Below, in pieces: positions 9,282 to 18,321 of a DNA stretch of 64,000 bases. Numbering within the stretch: position 1 is the stretch's first letter; each line of letters starts with the position of its first letter. Where the stretch lies: NCBI GenBank assembly GCA_947167345.1, contig CAMVHR010000004.1:41793-105792 (forward strand), given 5' to 3'. This DNA is from an uncultured Treponema sp. Its GTDB lineage: Bacteria; Spirochaetota; Spirochaetia; Treponematales; Treponemataceae. Both the position numbers and the translations under genes were made by a program. Below the pieces are notes generated by a model. The model ran no database searches. It saw only the letters and a list, made by a program, of their open reading frames with translations, and was not told where the DNA came from.

Positions 9282-10160
9282 ATGATTTTTGAGAATCAAA
9301 CTTTTGATCAGGAGCGGGCATTGTATGGGCTTAACGGAGCTGTTGTAAAAAATTGCCGCTTTGACGGTCCTGCTGACGGTGAATCTGCTCTAAAAGAAAC
9401 TCGTGACATTTATATGACTGGTTGCTTTATGAACTTGCGCTATCCTTTATGGCATGTAGAGACCGCCAGAATTGCTGATACTACTCTTACCGAAAATTGT
9501 CGTGCAGCCCTTTGGTATGACAGAAACATCATAATAGAAGAAAGCCGGTTGAATGGAATTAAGGCTTTACGGGAATGTGAAGACATTACGGTAAGAAATT
9601 CTTCTGTTAACTCGACTGAGTTTTTGTGGAAATGCAGAAACGTCCTGATTGAAAATGTTTTGATAGAGCAGTCAGAATATCCTTTTTTTGAGGTTACGAA
9701 TGCAAAAATTACTGGACTTAAAATGAAAGGAAAATATTCTTTTCAGTATGATGAAAATGTTGAAATAAACAATTCTGAGCTGGATACAAAAGACGCTTTC
9801 TGGCATACTAAAAACGTTACTGTTCGTGATAGCATTGTAAAAGGGGAGTATCTTGGCTGGTACTCGGAAAATCTTACATTAATCAACTGTAAGATAATCG
9901 GAACTCAGCCCTTCTGCTACTGCAAAAACCTTGTACTTGAAAACTGTACAATGGAAAGCTGCGACCTTGCGTTTGAAAAAAGCTCTGTACAGGCTTGTGT
10001 CCTTGGAAAAATTGACAGTGTAAAAAATCCGCTTGAAGGAAAGATTGTGGCAGATGAAATAGGGCACGTGATTATTGAAGAGCAGTATTGCGATGCTTCT
10101 AAAACGCAAATCATCTGCCAAAAATGTAACGGCAGCTCCTCTGGCAGCAGGTGTGCATAA
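9282..10160 (+). CDS. DUF3737 family protein (beta-helix-like)
   Basis: ERALY...GPADGESALKE, LRYPLWH, TKDAFWH, GEYLGW, GTQPFCY motifs recalled for the family; ATG 9282 with GGGGG SD. Confidence 0.82.
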   Translation: MIFENQTFDQERALYGLNGAVVKNCRFDGPADGESALKETRDIYMTGCFMNLRYPLWHVETARIADTTLTENCRAALWYDRNIIIEESRLNGIKALRECEDITVRNSSVNSTEFLWKCRNVLIENVLIEQSEYPFFEVTNAKITGLKMKGKYSFQYDENVEINNSELDTKDAFWHTKNVTVRDSIVKGEYLGWYSENLTLINCKIIGTQPFCYCKNLVLENCTMESCDLAFEKSSVQACVLGKIDSVKNPLEGKIVADEIGHVIIEEQYCDASKTQIICQKCNGSSSGSRCA

Positions 10161-10188
10161 AAAGGCTTTATTCTGTAGTGATTGCTGG

Positions 10189-11130
10189 TTAAAATGGCAG
10201 AGCGAGCTGAGAGCTTGCGTTTTCCAGAAACGAAACCTGCTTTGAATTGGAAACGATGTCCCCTTCATTAATGCTGTCAATGAGCATTGGAGATTTTGCA
10301 TCGTATAATGCATAGTTTTGTCGGGCAAGTTCTGCATTTTGGTTTGCATAGCAGTATTTGCAGCCATTTATGCATGTATCGTATCTGCCCATGTCATTAT
10401 ATGTCATGCATCGGCAGCCATTACGCATTCCTCTGTGTTTTAGCTCTTTAAATGCAAGCCCTGTCGCTTTTGTCAGAATGGGGAGCGTCACGCAACCGGA
10501 ACTGTGAATGCCGTAATGTGAATAGTCAGTCTGGCAGGCGCATGTCTGAATGTAAATGTGGTACTTCGCTGCAATCTTGCCGAAACCTTCTGCAAGAATT
10601 TCCATGTCTTCTTCCGTAAAAAGAACAATCTCCGGCATGTTGAACTCCAGCTTTTTATACATCTCCACAAAGCTGAATATGCATCGGTCGATATGACCTG
10701 AAAGTCTTGCCGCCATGTGTTCAAATGTAATCAGATGCTGCTGTACTGTATATTTTTTTGTAAGCAGGACCGGATCATATCTCCATGCAATGCGTTTTGC
10801 TCCGACAAGCTTTTCTAGGTGCAGCAATGTGTCAATGCTTTCGTCAATAGACGGTACGCCAGGCTCAATATCCTTGCCGTAAGCTGTAATCGTGTAGTGG
10901 AAATAACTTGGGAACCTGTCTGTAATTTCGTGCAGGCGATCAAGTACAGGTGCGTAATTTTTGGAGCAGAATACGATGCAGTCTATTTTCTGAGGAGTCA
11001 GCTCATAGTGTGTTATTTTGTTCTGGAACATGGGATTTCGTACAAGCACTTCACCTTTTCGGAACCTGTTGAACATCCATTCGGAAAAATACTGTACAAT
11101 ATCCGTCCTGCCGCTGATATTTAATATCAT
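10189..11130 (-). CDS. DUF1848 domain protein (radical-SAM-like)
   Basis: MILNISGRTDI N-terminus, WRYDP, C-terminal CINGCKYCYA CxxxCxxC. Confidence 0.85.
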   Translation of the reverse strand: MILNISGRTDIVQYFSEWMFNRFRKGEVLVRNPMFQNKITHYELTPQKIDCIVFCSKNYAPVLDRLHEITDRFPSYFHYTITAYGKDIEPGVPSIDESIDTLLHLEKLVGAKRIAWRYDPVLLTKKYTVQQHLITFEHMAARLSGHIDRCIFSFVEMYKKLEFNMPEIVLFTEEDMEILAEGFGKIAAKYHIYIQTCACQTDYSHYGIHSSGCVTLPILTKATGLAFKELKHRGMRNGCRCMTYNDMGRYDTCINGCKYCYANQNAELARQNYALYDAKSPMLIDSINEGDIVSNSKQVSFLENASSQLALPF

Positions 11131-11234
11131 TTGAAATATAATAGCATATTTTCATGTAGTTGTATCATGCCTGAAAAAACATATTGCTAAAAACAAGTTG
11201 AAATATTAAATCCTATAAGTTATAATGAAAAATT

Positions 11235-12035
11235 ATGAATTCACCAGCAGAAATAGCAAAGTTATATGTTGATATTGGTGCAAGTAAGTCAAAGCTGCCA
11301 ACAGGACGCATGCTCATGCTTGCAATATTTGGCGGACTTTACATTGCAATGGGCGGTCTTGGAAGTTCCATAGCATCTTTTGGCGTGCAGCCTCAGGCTA
11401 TCGGCCGCATTTTGGGTGCACTTGTGTTCCCTATTGGGCTTATGATGATTCTTGTTGGCGGAGGAGAGCTTTTTACAGGCAACAGTCTTATTATCATGGC
11501 TGTCCTTGACAAACGTGCTACTGTAAAAGGACTTATTAATAACTGGGTTGTTGTATACCTTGGAAACTTTATAGGTGGACTTGCAATTGCCCTTATAGTT
11601 GCATTTTCTGGTCTGCTTGACTATTTTGACGGCTCAATGAAGCAGATGGTCATAAATGTTGCCGTTACAAAAGTAAACCTTTCGTTCATTCAGGCTTTCT
11701 TGCGCGGAATGTTGTGTAACTTCATGGTCTGTATAGCAGTCTGGGCTTCCGTTTCGGCGGCTGACATCATGAGTAAGATTGCGGCCATGTACCTGCCAAT
11801 ATTCCTGTTTGTTCTGTGTGGATTCGAGCACTGTGTGGCAAACATGTACTTTATTCCTGTCGGAATCCTTTCTTCTTTGCTCAATGGCATTCCTGCCGGA
11901 AACATGAGCCTTGTTACATTTATCGTAAAATTCTTTGCATGCAACCTTTTGCCTGTAACGCTAGGCAACATTGCTGGTGGTGCGGTAATGGTCGGCATTG
12001 GCTACTGGTATGTATATATTAAATTAAAGAGATAG
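11235..12035 (+). CDS. Formate/nitrite transporter (FNT) family channel
   Basis: GELFTGN, CNFMVC and GFEHCVANM motifs; about six TM helices. Confidence 0.93.
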   Translation: MNSPAEIAKLYVDIGASKSKLPTGRMLMLAIFGGLYIAMGGLGSSIASFGVQPQAIGRILGALVFPIGLMMILVGGGELFTGNSLIIMAVLDKRATVKGLINNWVVVYLGNFIGGLAIALIVAFSGLLDYFDGSMKQMVINVAVTKVNLSFIQAFLRGMLCNFMVCIAVWASVSAADIMSKIAAMYLPIFLFVLCGFEHCVANMYFIPVGILSSLLNGIPAGNMSLVTFIVKFFACNLLPVTLGNIAGGAVMVGIGYWYVYIKLKR

Positions 12036-12037
12036 AC

Positions 12038-12952
12038 TTGAAGCACAGCTGGAGCAAATACGCTATAGTTTTTCTTTCGTTTCTGCTGCAGTTGTGCACT
12101 GCCGTTTTTGGTGAAAACAATACTTTCGGAAAAGGTATAGCAAACCTTCGTTTTTTTCAACTTGCATATCCCGACATTTCATTTTCACGTAGTTATGACA
12201 GTTCTGTACAGGACTGGCTCATTACGATTGTAATTCCTAATGATAGTGGCAAAAGCCGAGTGGCCTCATTTTATTGGGCAGATGGAGCACTCCTTCCAAA
12301 ATCAGAAATTTCAAATAAGGATTGGTACGCACCCATACTTTATAACTATCCCAAGATTCTTGAAGATCCTGCTGATTTTTCCGAAGAAAAAAAGGATGCC
12401 ATAAAGAAATTTAGTTCTGACGAAAACCGCAAGGGCGGAGCAGGAACGGCAATGTTCTTTTTTGATGCTGTTTACAATGCATCTTCACGAGCTTCTTTGG
12501 AACAGCATTTAGTCAAGGTCAGTTTTCTAGGCAAAAAGGCAACTGTGCATGAACGCATTCAGGAACCTCTTGCCCGTGTAGAAAAGAGGATTCTTTCTCT
12601 TGCAAAGTATAACAAAAACCTTAAGGCTTTTGTTGACGGATTGAAGTCTACCGATTCTTATTTTTGGCGCATAATTGCAGGTACAAGCAGAAAGTCTTTT
12701 CACAGCCTTGGAATTGCCCTTGATGTGCTGCCTGTAAGTCAGCAGGGCAAGCAGATTTTCTGGGGATGGGCAAAAGAAAAATATCCCGATACGTGGATGC
12801 TGCTTCCACTTGAAAAGAGGTGGATGCCACCAGCCCAGGTAATAAAAATTTTTGAAGAAGAAGGCTTTATTTGGGGCGGCAAGTGGGCAATTTACGACAA
12901 TATGCACTTTGAGTATCGGCCTGAACTAATCCTGTTTAGAGATGAAATGTAA
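12038..12952 (+). CDS. M15 family metallopeptidase (D-Ala-D-Ala / L,D-carboxypeptidase-like), exported
   Basis: Signal peptide; SFHSLGIALD (SxHxxGxAxD) and DNMHFEY motifs. Confidence 0.85.
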   Translation: MKHSWSKYAIVFLSFLLQLCTAVFGENNTFGKGIANLRFFQLAYPDISFSRSYDSSVQDWLITIVIPNDSGKSRVASFYWADGALLPKSEISNKDWYAPILYNYPKILEDPADFSEEKKDAIKKFSSDENRKGGAGTAMFFFDAVYNASSRASLEQHLVKVSFLGKKATVHERIQEPLARVEKRILSLAKYNKNLKAFVDGLKSTDSYFWRIIAGTSRKSFHSLGIALDVLPVSQQGKQIFWGWAKEKYPDTWMLLPLEKRWMPPAQVIKIFEEEGFIWGGKWAIYDNMHFEYRPELILFRDEM

Positions 12953-13001
12953 ATCTGAAATGAATAAAGGGCACATTATGGGCTTAGACAAAAGAAGAAA
13001 T

Positions 13002-14177
13002 TTACGCCCACAGGGAGGTTGCTGTAATCCATTCCGAAAGATTGTCTGAAACTACAGCTTTTATTTCTTCCACAATCTCTCTGGCTTTTGACTGCTTAAT
13101 TCCATTTTTTTGAGCCACTGCCATAATATTTTCAATAGAAGGAGTCTTTCCTTCTCCGTCTATTGTCGTTGCATGTTCTCCATTTATAGAATTACTGTAA
13201 GTTAAATCATACGCAGGAGAAAGAATCCACTGACTTTCAGCTTCATCATATAACCATGAGAAATTCTTTGAGTGATCATCTCTATTATGGGCAAACACAT
13301 TAAAGCACATAAGACGAAAGAGCTTTTCAACTTCTAAACTATTCTTTGTAATCTGCAAAGTAAGAAGAAGCAGAATATTATAATCAAGATTTGGGATTCT
13401 GTGGCTAGTTTCAAGCAAAGCTGATGCACTTGCCATCAAAACTCTTTTTTTTCCAAGAAAATTTCTATCAAATCTTTTTGTTCCAAAATATCCCGAACAT
13501 TTTTTTGAAGAAAACAGATTGAAATCATTCACTGTAATTCCGCATTTTTTTGCACAGCAATTATATTCATATTCCTGTCTGCCAATTTCTTTTGAATCTA
13601 CAGTCGAAGGAAATTTTACAATCCAATCCTCTCCATCTATTTTTGTAAATACCTTTGGTCTTGCACCACCAGAAGAACCACCTGCGGCAAAAATAGAATC
13701 AAGATTTACATTACTACTTTGAGAAAGTTCTGAATTAAAAATTCGTTCACATTCATCACAAATCTCATCATAATCAAAGGGAAGAACCGAGGAATCCGAA
13801 AGAAAAGATTCTGGCTCATATACCAAAGCTCCCATACCATTTGAGCCAACAATTGCAAGTCTATCTAAAACAGAAAGAGATTCAGGGGCAATGCCTTCCC
13901 GCAAAAGCATGCGGTCAACCAAAAGTCGTCCCCACCCATCAGGAAGACTATCATTAAAAATACCGTGAAGCCCATAAAATGGATCCCATTCTGGTATAAA
14001 AACTTTTTTTTCAAGCGGTAAAGAGAATGGCGAAATTGAAAATCCAGAAGAAAGCCATTCATCAGAATATGAAAATGCTGCAAATCTATTTTTATAAAGT
14101 GCTAGTGTACCAACCAGACGTTTTTTATTTCCGTTATTAAAAAATACAGACAGGCGTTCAATTTTTTTCACTTGCAA
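13002..14177 (-). CDS. hipA: HipA-family kinase toxin (type II TA)
   Basis: HipA_N couple domain (SLPDGWGRLL), GGSSGGARPK P-loop, NRDDHSKNFS catalytic loop, LSPAYDL. Confidence 0.92.
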   Translation of the reverse strand: MQVKKIERLSVFFNNGNKKRLVGTLALYKNRFAAFSYSDEWLSSGFSISPFSLPLEKKVFIPEWDPFYGLHGIFNDSLPDGWGRLLVDRMLLREGIAPESLSVLDRLAIVGSNGMGALVYEPESFLSDSSVLPFDYDEICDECERIFNSELSQSSNVNLDSIFAAGGSSGGARPKVFTKIDGEDWIVKFPSTVDSKEIGRQEYEYNCCAKKCGITVNDFNLFSSKKCSGYFGTKRFDRNFLGKKRVLMASASALLETSHRIPNLDYNILLLLTLQITKNSLEVEKLFRLMCFNVFAHNRDDHSKNFSWLYDEAESQWILSPAYDLTYSNSINGEHATTIDGEGKTPSIENIMAVAQKNGIKQSKAREIVEEIKAVVSDNLSEWITATSLWA

Positions 14178-14439
14178 TAAGCTCCTCTATAGAAGAAAAC
14201 TGAGGTGTAGCAAAAAGATTTTCAAAATCTTTTTCACAGCCAAGTGCAATTGCTATTTTTATGATGGAATCAAATGCTATTTCATGCTTTTGTTCAAAAC
14301 GTTTGTATGAAGCAAAACTCATACCAGCTCGTTCTGCAAGTTGAGCCTGAGTAAAATGGCGTTCTTTTCTCCGTTTCTGTACACGTTTTGCAATGCTCTC
14401 TGCAATCTGTGGAGCTGTTTTCTGTTCAAGTTGTATCAT
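14158..14439 (-). CDS. XRE-family HTH protein, HipB-like antitoxin
   Basis: RRKERHFTQAQLAERAGMSFASYKRFE; ATG 14439 lies 7 nt after TG-C-TAAAAT, with TGGACA-N17 upstream; overlaps the hipA start. Confidence 0.85.
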   Translation of the reverse strand: MIQLEQKTAPQIAESIAKRVQKRRKERHFTQAQLAERAGMSFASYKRFEQKHEIAFDSIIKIAIALGCEKDFENLFATPQFSSIEELIASEKN

Positions 14440-14530
14440 TGCTAATATTTTAGCAAATTTAACGTTTTTTGTCCATTTTAGATAATATATTAGCACAAAA
14501 TAGTGCACATATTTCAAAGCGGAATATAAC

Positions 14531-15631
14531 TTATCGTCCTTTACACTTGATTTTATAGTTTGTACTTCTTCCGCCAGAAGAAGAATCTTTTTCAAGAATG
14601 TTTTTTTCTACGAGGTCAGAAATGTCACGTAGTGCAGTATCAGTTGAGCATTTCGTAATCTTCGCCCATTTTGAAGTATTAAGGACTCCAAACCAGGAAG
14701 AATCTAAAAGTTTACTAATCATAAGCCTTTGTCGCTCATTCATTGGAATATTTCCTATCGAATTTAGAAAACTATATTTTTTTTATACGCTCTCAGCATC
14801 TTCGTAGCTACTTGTAATTGCTTTTAGAATACAGCCTAAAAACCATTCCATCCATTCTGTAATATCAAGAGAGCCTTTTTGAGTCTGTTCCAAAATAGCA
14901 TAATATTGATTTCGGTCTGACATAATCTGGTTTGACATGCTGTAAAAACGAAGATATGTCTTGTCACTCTGGCAAAGAAGCATATCAGAAAGAGTTCTTG
15001 TAATTCTACCATTACCATCATCAAACGGATGAATAGTAACAAACCACAAATGTGCAACAGCTGATTTTATAAAACTGTCTCCAGAAGACGTATTGAACCA
15101 TTCAATGAATTTCTTCATTTCTGATGGAACCTTTTCTGGGGAAGGTGCCTGATAATGAATTTTTTCATGTCCTAAACCACCAGAAATAACTTGCATAGGA
15201 TTTCTTCTGTATTTACCAACATCAATTTTATACATTCCACTGTATCCTGTCGGAAAAAGACAGGCATGCCATCCAAAAAGACGTTCTTCGGTAAGAGGCA
15301 TCTCATAATTCTGTGTCGCATCTAGCATCATCTCTACAACTGCATCAATATCTCTGCTGGAACAAACAAGACCTGCAGTCTGAATGCCAAGTTTACGAGC
15401 AATGGAAGAACGAACCTGATCTTTATTTAAAATATAACCTTCAATTTCACTTGATTTTATAATATCACTTGTAATAGTAGAAAGAATTTTGTCCTGACGT
15501 TCTGAAAGCCCCATCATCTCCATTTTTGAAAGAAGCCTGCCTTGTTTTATATGACAGCTTTCCAACAGAGGGGCTATTTTCTTTTCATCATATATAAAAT
15601 CAGGCCATCCGGCATATTTGTAGATGTACAT
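14531..15631 (-). pseudogene. Fic family protein (DUF4172-type N-terminus, C-terminal wHTH) interrupted by one in-frame TAA
   Basis: HPFDDGNGRITR Fic motif; TAA at 14785-14783 followed in the same frame by 13 sense codons and ORF 14531..14743 (TSKWAKITKCSTDTALRDI...GGRST). Confidence 0.8.
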
Positions 15632-15892
15632 ACTTTATTTTAAATTTCATGCGGTGAATAGAAGAATATGCAAAAGCATACAGCCTCATACATACTCAAT
15701 CGGGAGAGAAACAACATTGTCGCTAAGAACTCCAGAATAGTCGAAAGTCAAGATATCAGTAAATAATCAAGTTATTCTCTTAAAATTCAATTTGAACAAA
15801 TATGCATCTTTAATAAAATCAGACAGAGTTGAACGGCTCGTAGAGCGTGCCATAATTACAGACAGCATTAAAATTTAATCTTTCTGGACCGC

Positions 15893-16486
15893 CTAAAAAA
15901 GGAAATCCCATTTTGATGGAGAATTTTCCTTCGTAAATTCCTCAAATGATGTTCCATCTGGTACATACAATGGATGTCTTGGATTACCCTTTGCAGTAAA
16001 TTCTCCTAGATGAATATATGAAGGTTTATACTCTTTCAGTAGTTTTGCTATCTCTTCAAAATAATCAAATAACCACCCTCCTTGACTGTCAATGTTATCT
16101 CCAAAAGCAAGCCATACATGAATATCCTTTCTATCTTTTAGATAATTTCTTATTTTTTCTTTATTCATTTCATGAAGATTATCATTCTTTATTAAATCTT
16201 TAGGATTTTTTGTTCTTTGAGCACAGACATTGAACATAAGAAAACCGTCAAACTTTATATCGCCAATAAAATTGCGTTTAACAAAATTTTTAATTTTTCT
16301 CATCGTTGGATCATCTGCCATTGGAGTTGCTGTACTTGGATTTATTCCAAATATAATAAGCTGTTCTCCCCCTTTCGATGGCTCAAGCCCCAAAAGAAAT
16401 CTTTCTGTAGCATTATCATCTTTATCTCCTATGTACATATTACCTTCAAGATAATTAACGTCCAGTGATACTAATTTTGTTTCCAT
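15893..16486 (-). CDS. DUF1643 domain protein
   Basis: IFGINPSTA...DDPT and GNPRHPLY motifs; AAGGGGG SD. Confidence 0.8.
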   Translation of the reverse strand: METKLVSLDVNYLEGNMYIGDKDDNATERFLLGLEPSKGGEQLIIFGINPSTATPMADDPTMRKIKNFVKRNFIGDIKFDGFLMFNVCAQRTKNPKDLIKNDNLHEMNKEKIRNYLKDRKDIHVWLAFGDNIDSQGGWLFDYFEEIAKLLKEYKPSYIHLGEFTAKGNPRHPLYVPDGTSFEEFTKENSPSKWDFLF

Positions 16487-16510
16487 ACATCCCCCTTAGC
16501 TAAATAACAA

Positions 16511-16534
16511 ACCTAGTACCATAGAGTACTAGGT
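16511..16534 (-). terminator. Hairpin / probable terminator between the exported-protein gene and DUF1643
   Basis: ACCTAGTAC-N6-GTACTAGGT; followed by TTGTTATTT on the minus strand. Confidence 0.5.
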
Positions 16535-16551
16535 CATACTTGTGCCCTTAT

Positions 16552-16842
16552 TTATTTATTCTGCTTTGGCTTTAGAGAAGTATATTTTACAGGAGCATCT
16601 GTAAAGAAACCTGAAGAGCCACAGAATGTCCAAACAGTTCCATCTTTCAATTCAACCTGATATACAGGAGGAGCTTCGAGAGAACCCTTTTCTGCATTGC
16701 CCCCTCCAGGGTTTATTCCAGAGATGACATATACAGTTTTTACATCTGTAAAAACTGTGTCCTTTCCAACACGAACTTCCCAAGCAAAGCTTCCTGCAAT
16801 GGTAATTGCCCCCAGTACTACTGCCATAAAAATCTTTTTCAT
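16552..16842 (-). CDS. Small exported hypothetical protein
   Basis: MKKIFMAVVLGAITIAGSFA signal peptide; AGAGGA SD before ATG 16842. Confidence 0.7.
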   Translation of the reverse strand: MKKIFMAVVLGAITIAGSFAWEVRVGKDTVFTDVKTVYVISGINPGGGNAEKGSLEAPPVYQVELKDGTVWTFCGSSGFFTDAPVKYTSLKPKQNK

Positions 16843-16981
16843 CTTATCTTTTCCTCTGAACATCTAAATATTTACAAAAATAATGTGCTTTTGGCGTATT
16901 ATTTTTTAATATAAATATCATTGTAATTGGCTAAAAGCGTGTTGTCAAGTTTATTTATACGCTGTTAGCATATTATTAAAT

Positions 16982-17290
16982 ATGGAACTAAGAGCTGTAT
17001 TTATTGACAATGTAAAAAAATACCGCAAACAAAACAAGCTTTCGCAGATGGCATTGGCTGAACGGTGCGAGACATCCACAAGCTACATTGGCGAAATAGA
17101 AATAGGAAAGAAATTCCCATCAGTAGAAATGATTCAAAAAATAGCTCTTGCCTTGAATGTACAACCATACAGATTATTTATGGAAGAAAAAGATTTTTAT
17201 ATATCCAACATATCTATAGAAGATAAACAAGAATTAGCCGAGAAAATTCAAAAAGCCGTTACTTCAATCATAATGGGAGAAACAAAATAA
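16982..17290 (+). CDS. XRE-family HTH regulator
   Basis: YRKQNKLSQMALAERCETSTSYIGEIEIGKKFPS. Confidence 0.9.
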   Translation: MELRAVFIDNVKKYRKQNKLSQMALAERCETSTSYIGEIEIGKKFPSVEMIQKIALALNVQPYRLFMEEKDFYISNISIEDKQELAEKIQKAVTSIIMGETK

Positions 17291-17347
17291 AAATTATTCA
17301 TATATTAAAGAAATGACTACTTCATAAGAATATGATATAATAAAATT

Positions 17348-17551
17348 ATGTCCGTAGTTTCATTTAAAACATATTGTATAGAAAATTACGCTGAATATAA
17401 AAAACTTTCCTCTTCTGAAGTTTTTAAAAAATTTTTTACATCCAAGCTGTTGAATCATCTAAAAACCGATTATGAAGATTTACACGGTATGGGAAAAGAA
17501 TATCTAATGCAATATTTTGACAGATGGTTTGGGGAGGATATCTCAGAATGA
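17348..17551 (+). CDS. DUF3791-like small protein
   Basis: 67 aa; CIENYA...DYEDLHGMGKEYL; ATGA-coupled to the DUF3990 gene. Confidence 0.7.
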   Translation: MSVVSFKTYCIENYAEYKKLSSSEVFKKFFTSKLLNHLKTDYEDLHGMGKEYLMQYFDRWFGEDISE

Positions 17552-18066
17552 TTTTGTTTCATGGTTCATATCTAAAAATAGAAATCCCTAAAATTCTAAC
17601 TCAAGAAAAAGGTCGAGATTTTGGATTCGGATTTTATACTACAACAATAAAGAATCAGGCTGAACGCTGGGCAATCCGTACAGCCCGACTTCAATCTCGC
17701 AATACAGACAAAACTGAAAATGCAGTTGTAAATGTCTATGAATTTGATGAAAAATTCGCAAAATCATTAAAAACAAAAAACTTTCCAAATGCAGATTTAG
17801 ATTGGCTTGAACTTGTAATCCGCTGCCGCTCAGATTTGAATTATAAACATGAGTTTGACATTGTTTCCGGCAAAATTGCGAATGACAACGTAGGAGAAAC
17901 CGTTGAATATGTTCTTGCAGGCATTATGAGAAAAGAAGATGCTATTGAACGTTTAAAATTCGAAAAAATCAATAATCAGATTTGCTTTTGTACAAAAGAG
18001 TCATTGAAATCCATAACATTCAAAGACAGCTATATTATAAAAAATGTCAATTGGAGAGATTTATAA
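17548..18066 (+). CDS. DUF3990 domain protein (ADP-ribosyltransferase-like motifs)
   Basis: MILFHGS...DFGFGFYTT...QAERWA...GKIANDNV...NQICF; GGAGG SD, ATG 17548. Confidence 0.8.
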   Translation: MILFHGSYLKIEIPKILTQEKGRDFGFGFYTTTIKNQAERWAIRTARLQSRNTDKTENAVVNVYEFDEKFAKSLKTKNFPNADLDWLELVIRCRSDLNYKHEFDIVSGKIANDNVGETVEYVLAGIMRKEDAIERLKFEKINNQICFCTKESLKSITFKDSYIIKNVNWRDL

Positions 18067-18266
18067 TGGCAGATACCCATCATCTTATAAAAACAATTCT
18101 TATTCCCCAAGTTGCAGAACTTCTGATGAAAAATAAGGGACTATCTGAAGATGATGCACTGAAGACTATTTATGAGTCCCGTGTTGCAAAACTACTTGAA
18201 GACGATTCAATGGGATTGTATGGCCAGAGTGCATTATATTTATATGGATTGATTGAAAGCGAATAA
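18066..18266 (+). CDS. DUF3791-like small protein
   Basis: 66 aa MADTHH...LYGQSALYL; TAATG overlap with the DUF3990 stop; GGAGA SD. Confidence 0.7.
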   Translation: MADTHHLIKTILIPQVAELLMKNKGLSEDDALKTIYESRVAKLLEDDSMGLYGQSALYLYGLIESE

Positions 18267-18271
18267 AACAC

Positions 18272-18307
18272 AAAAGGCGTTAGAACTTTACTTCTAACGC
18301 CTTTTTT
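18272..18307. terminator. Bidirectional intrinsic terminator
   Basis: AAAAGGCGTTAGAA-N6-TTCTAACGCCTTTT between convergent genes. Confidence 0.85.
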
Positions 18308-18321
18308 TGTCAGCCTGTATC

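Noticed and set aside
14440-14595. 52-aa N-terminal extension of the HipB-like ORF
   Set aside because: Overlaps the Fic C-terminal ORF and contains the TGGACA-N17-TAAAAT promoter; ATG 14439 gives a normal XRE size
15632-15892. Possible 33-aa ORF or ncRNA between DUF1643 and Fic
   Set aside because: No SD, no motif and no convincing stable structure seen
18272-18305. Integron attC site (GTTAGAA...TTCTAAC)
   Set aside because: Core sites are in the reverse arrangement to attC (RYYYAAC...GTTRRRY), the element is too short, and no integrase or other attC is present; it fits a bidirectional terminator
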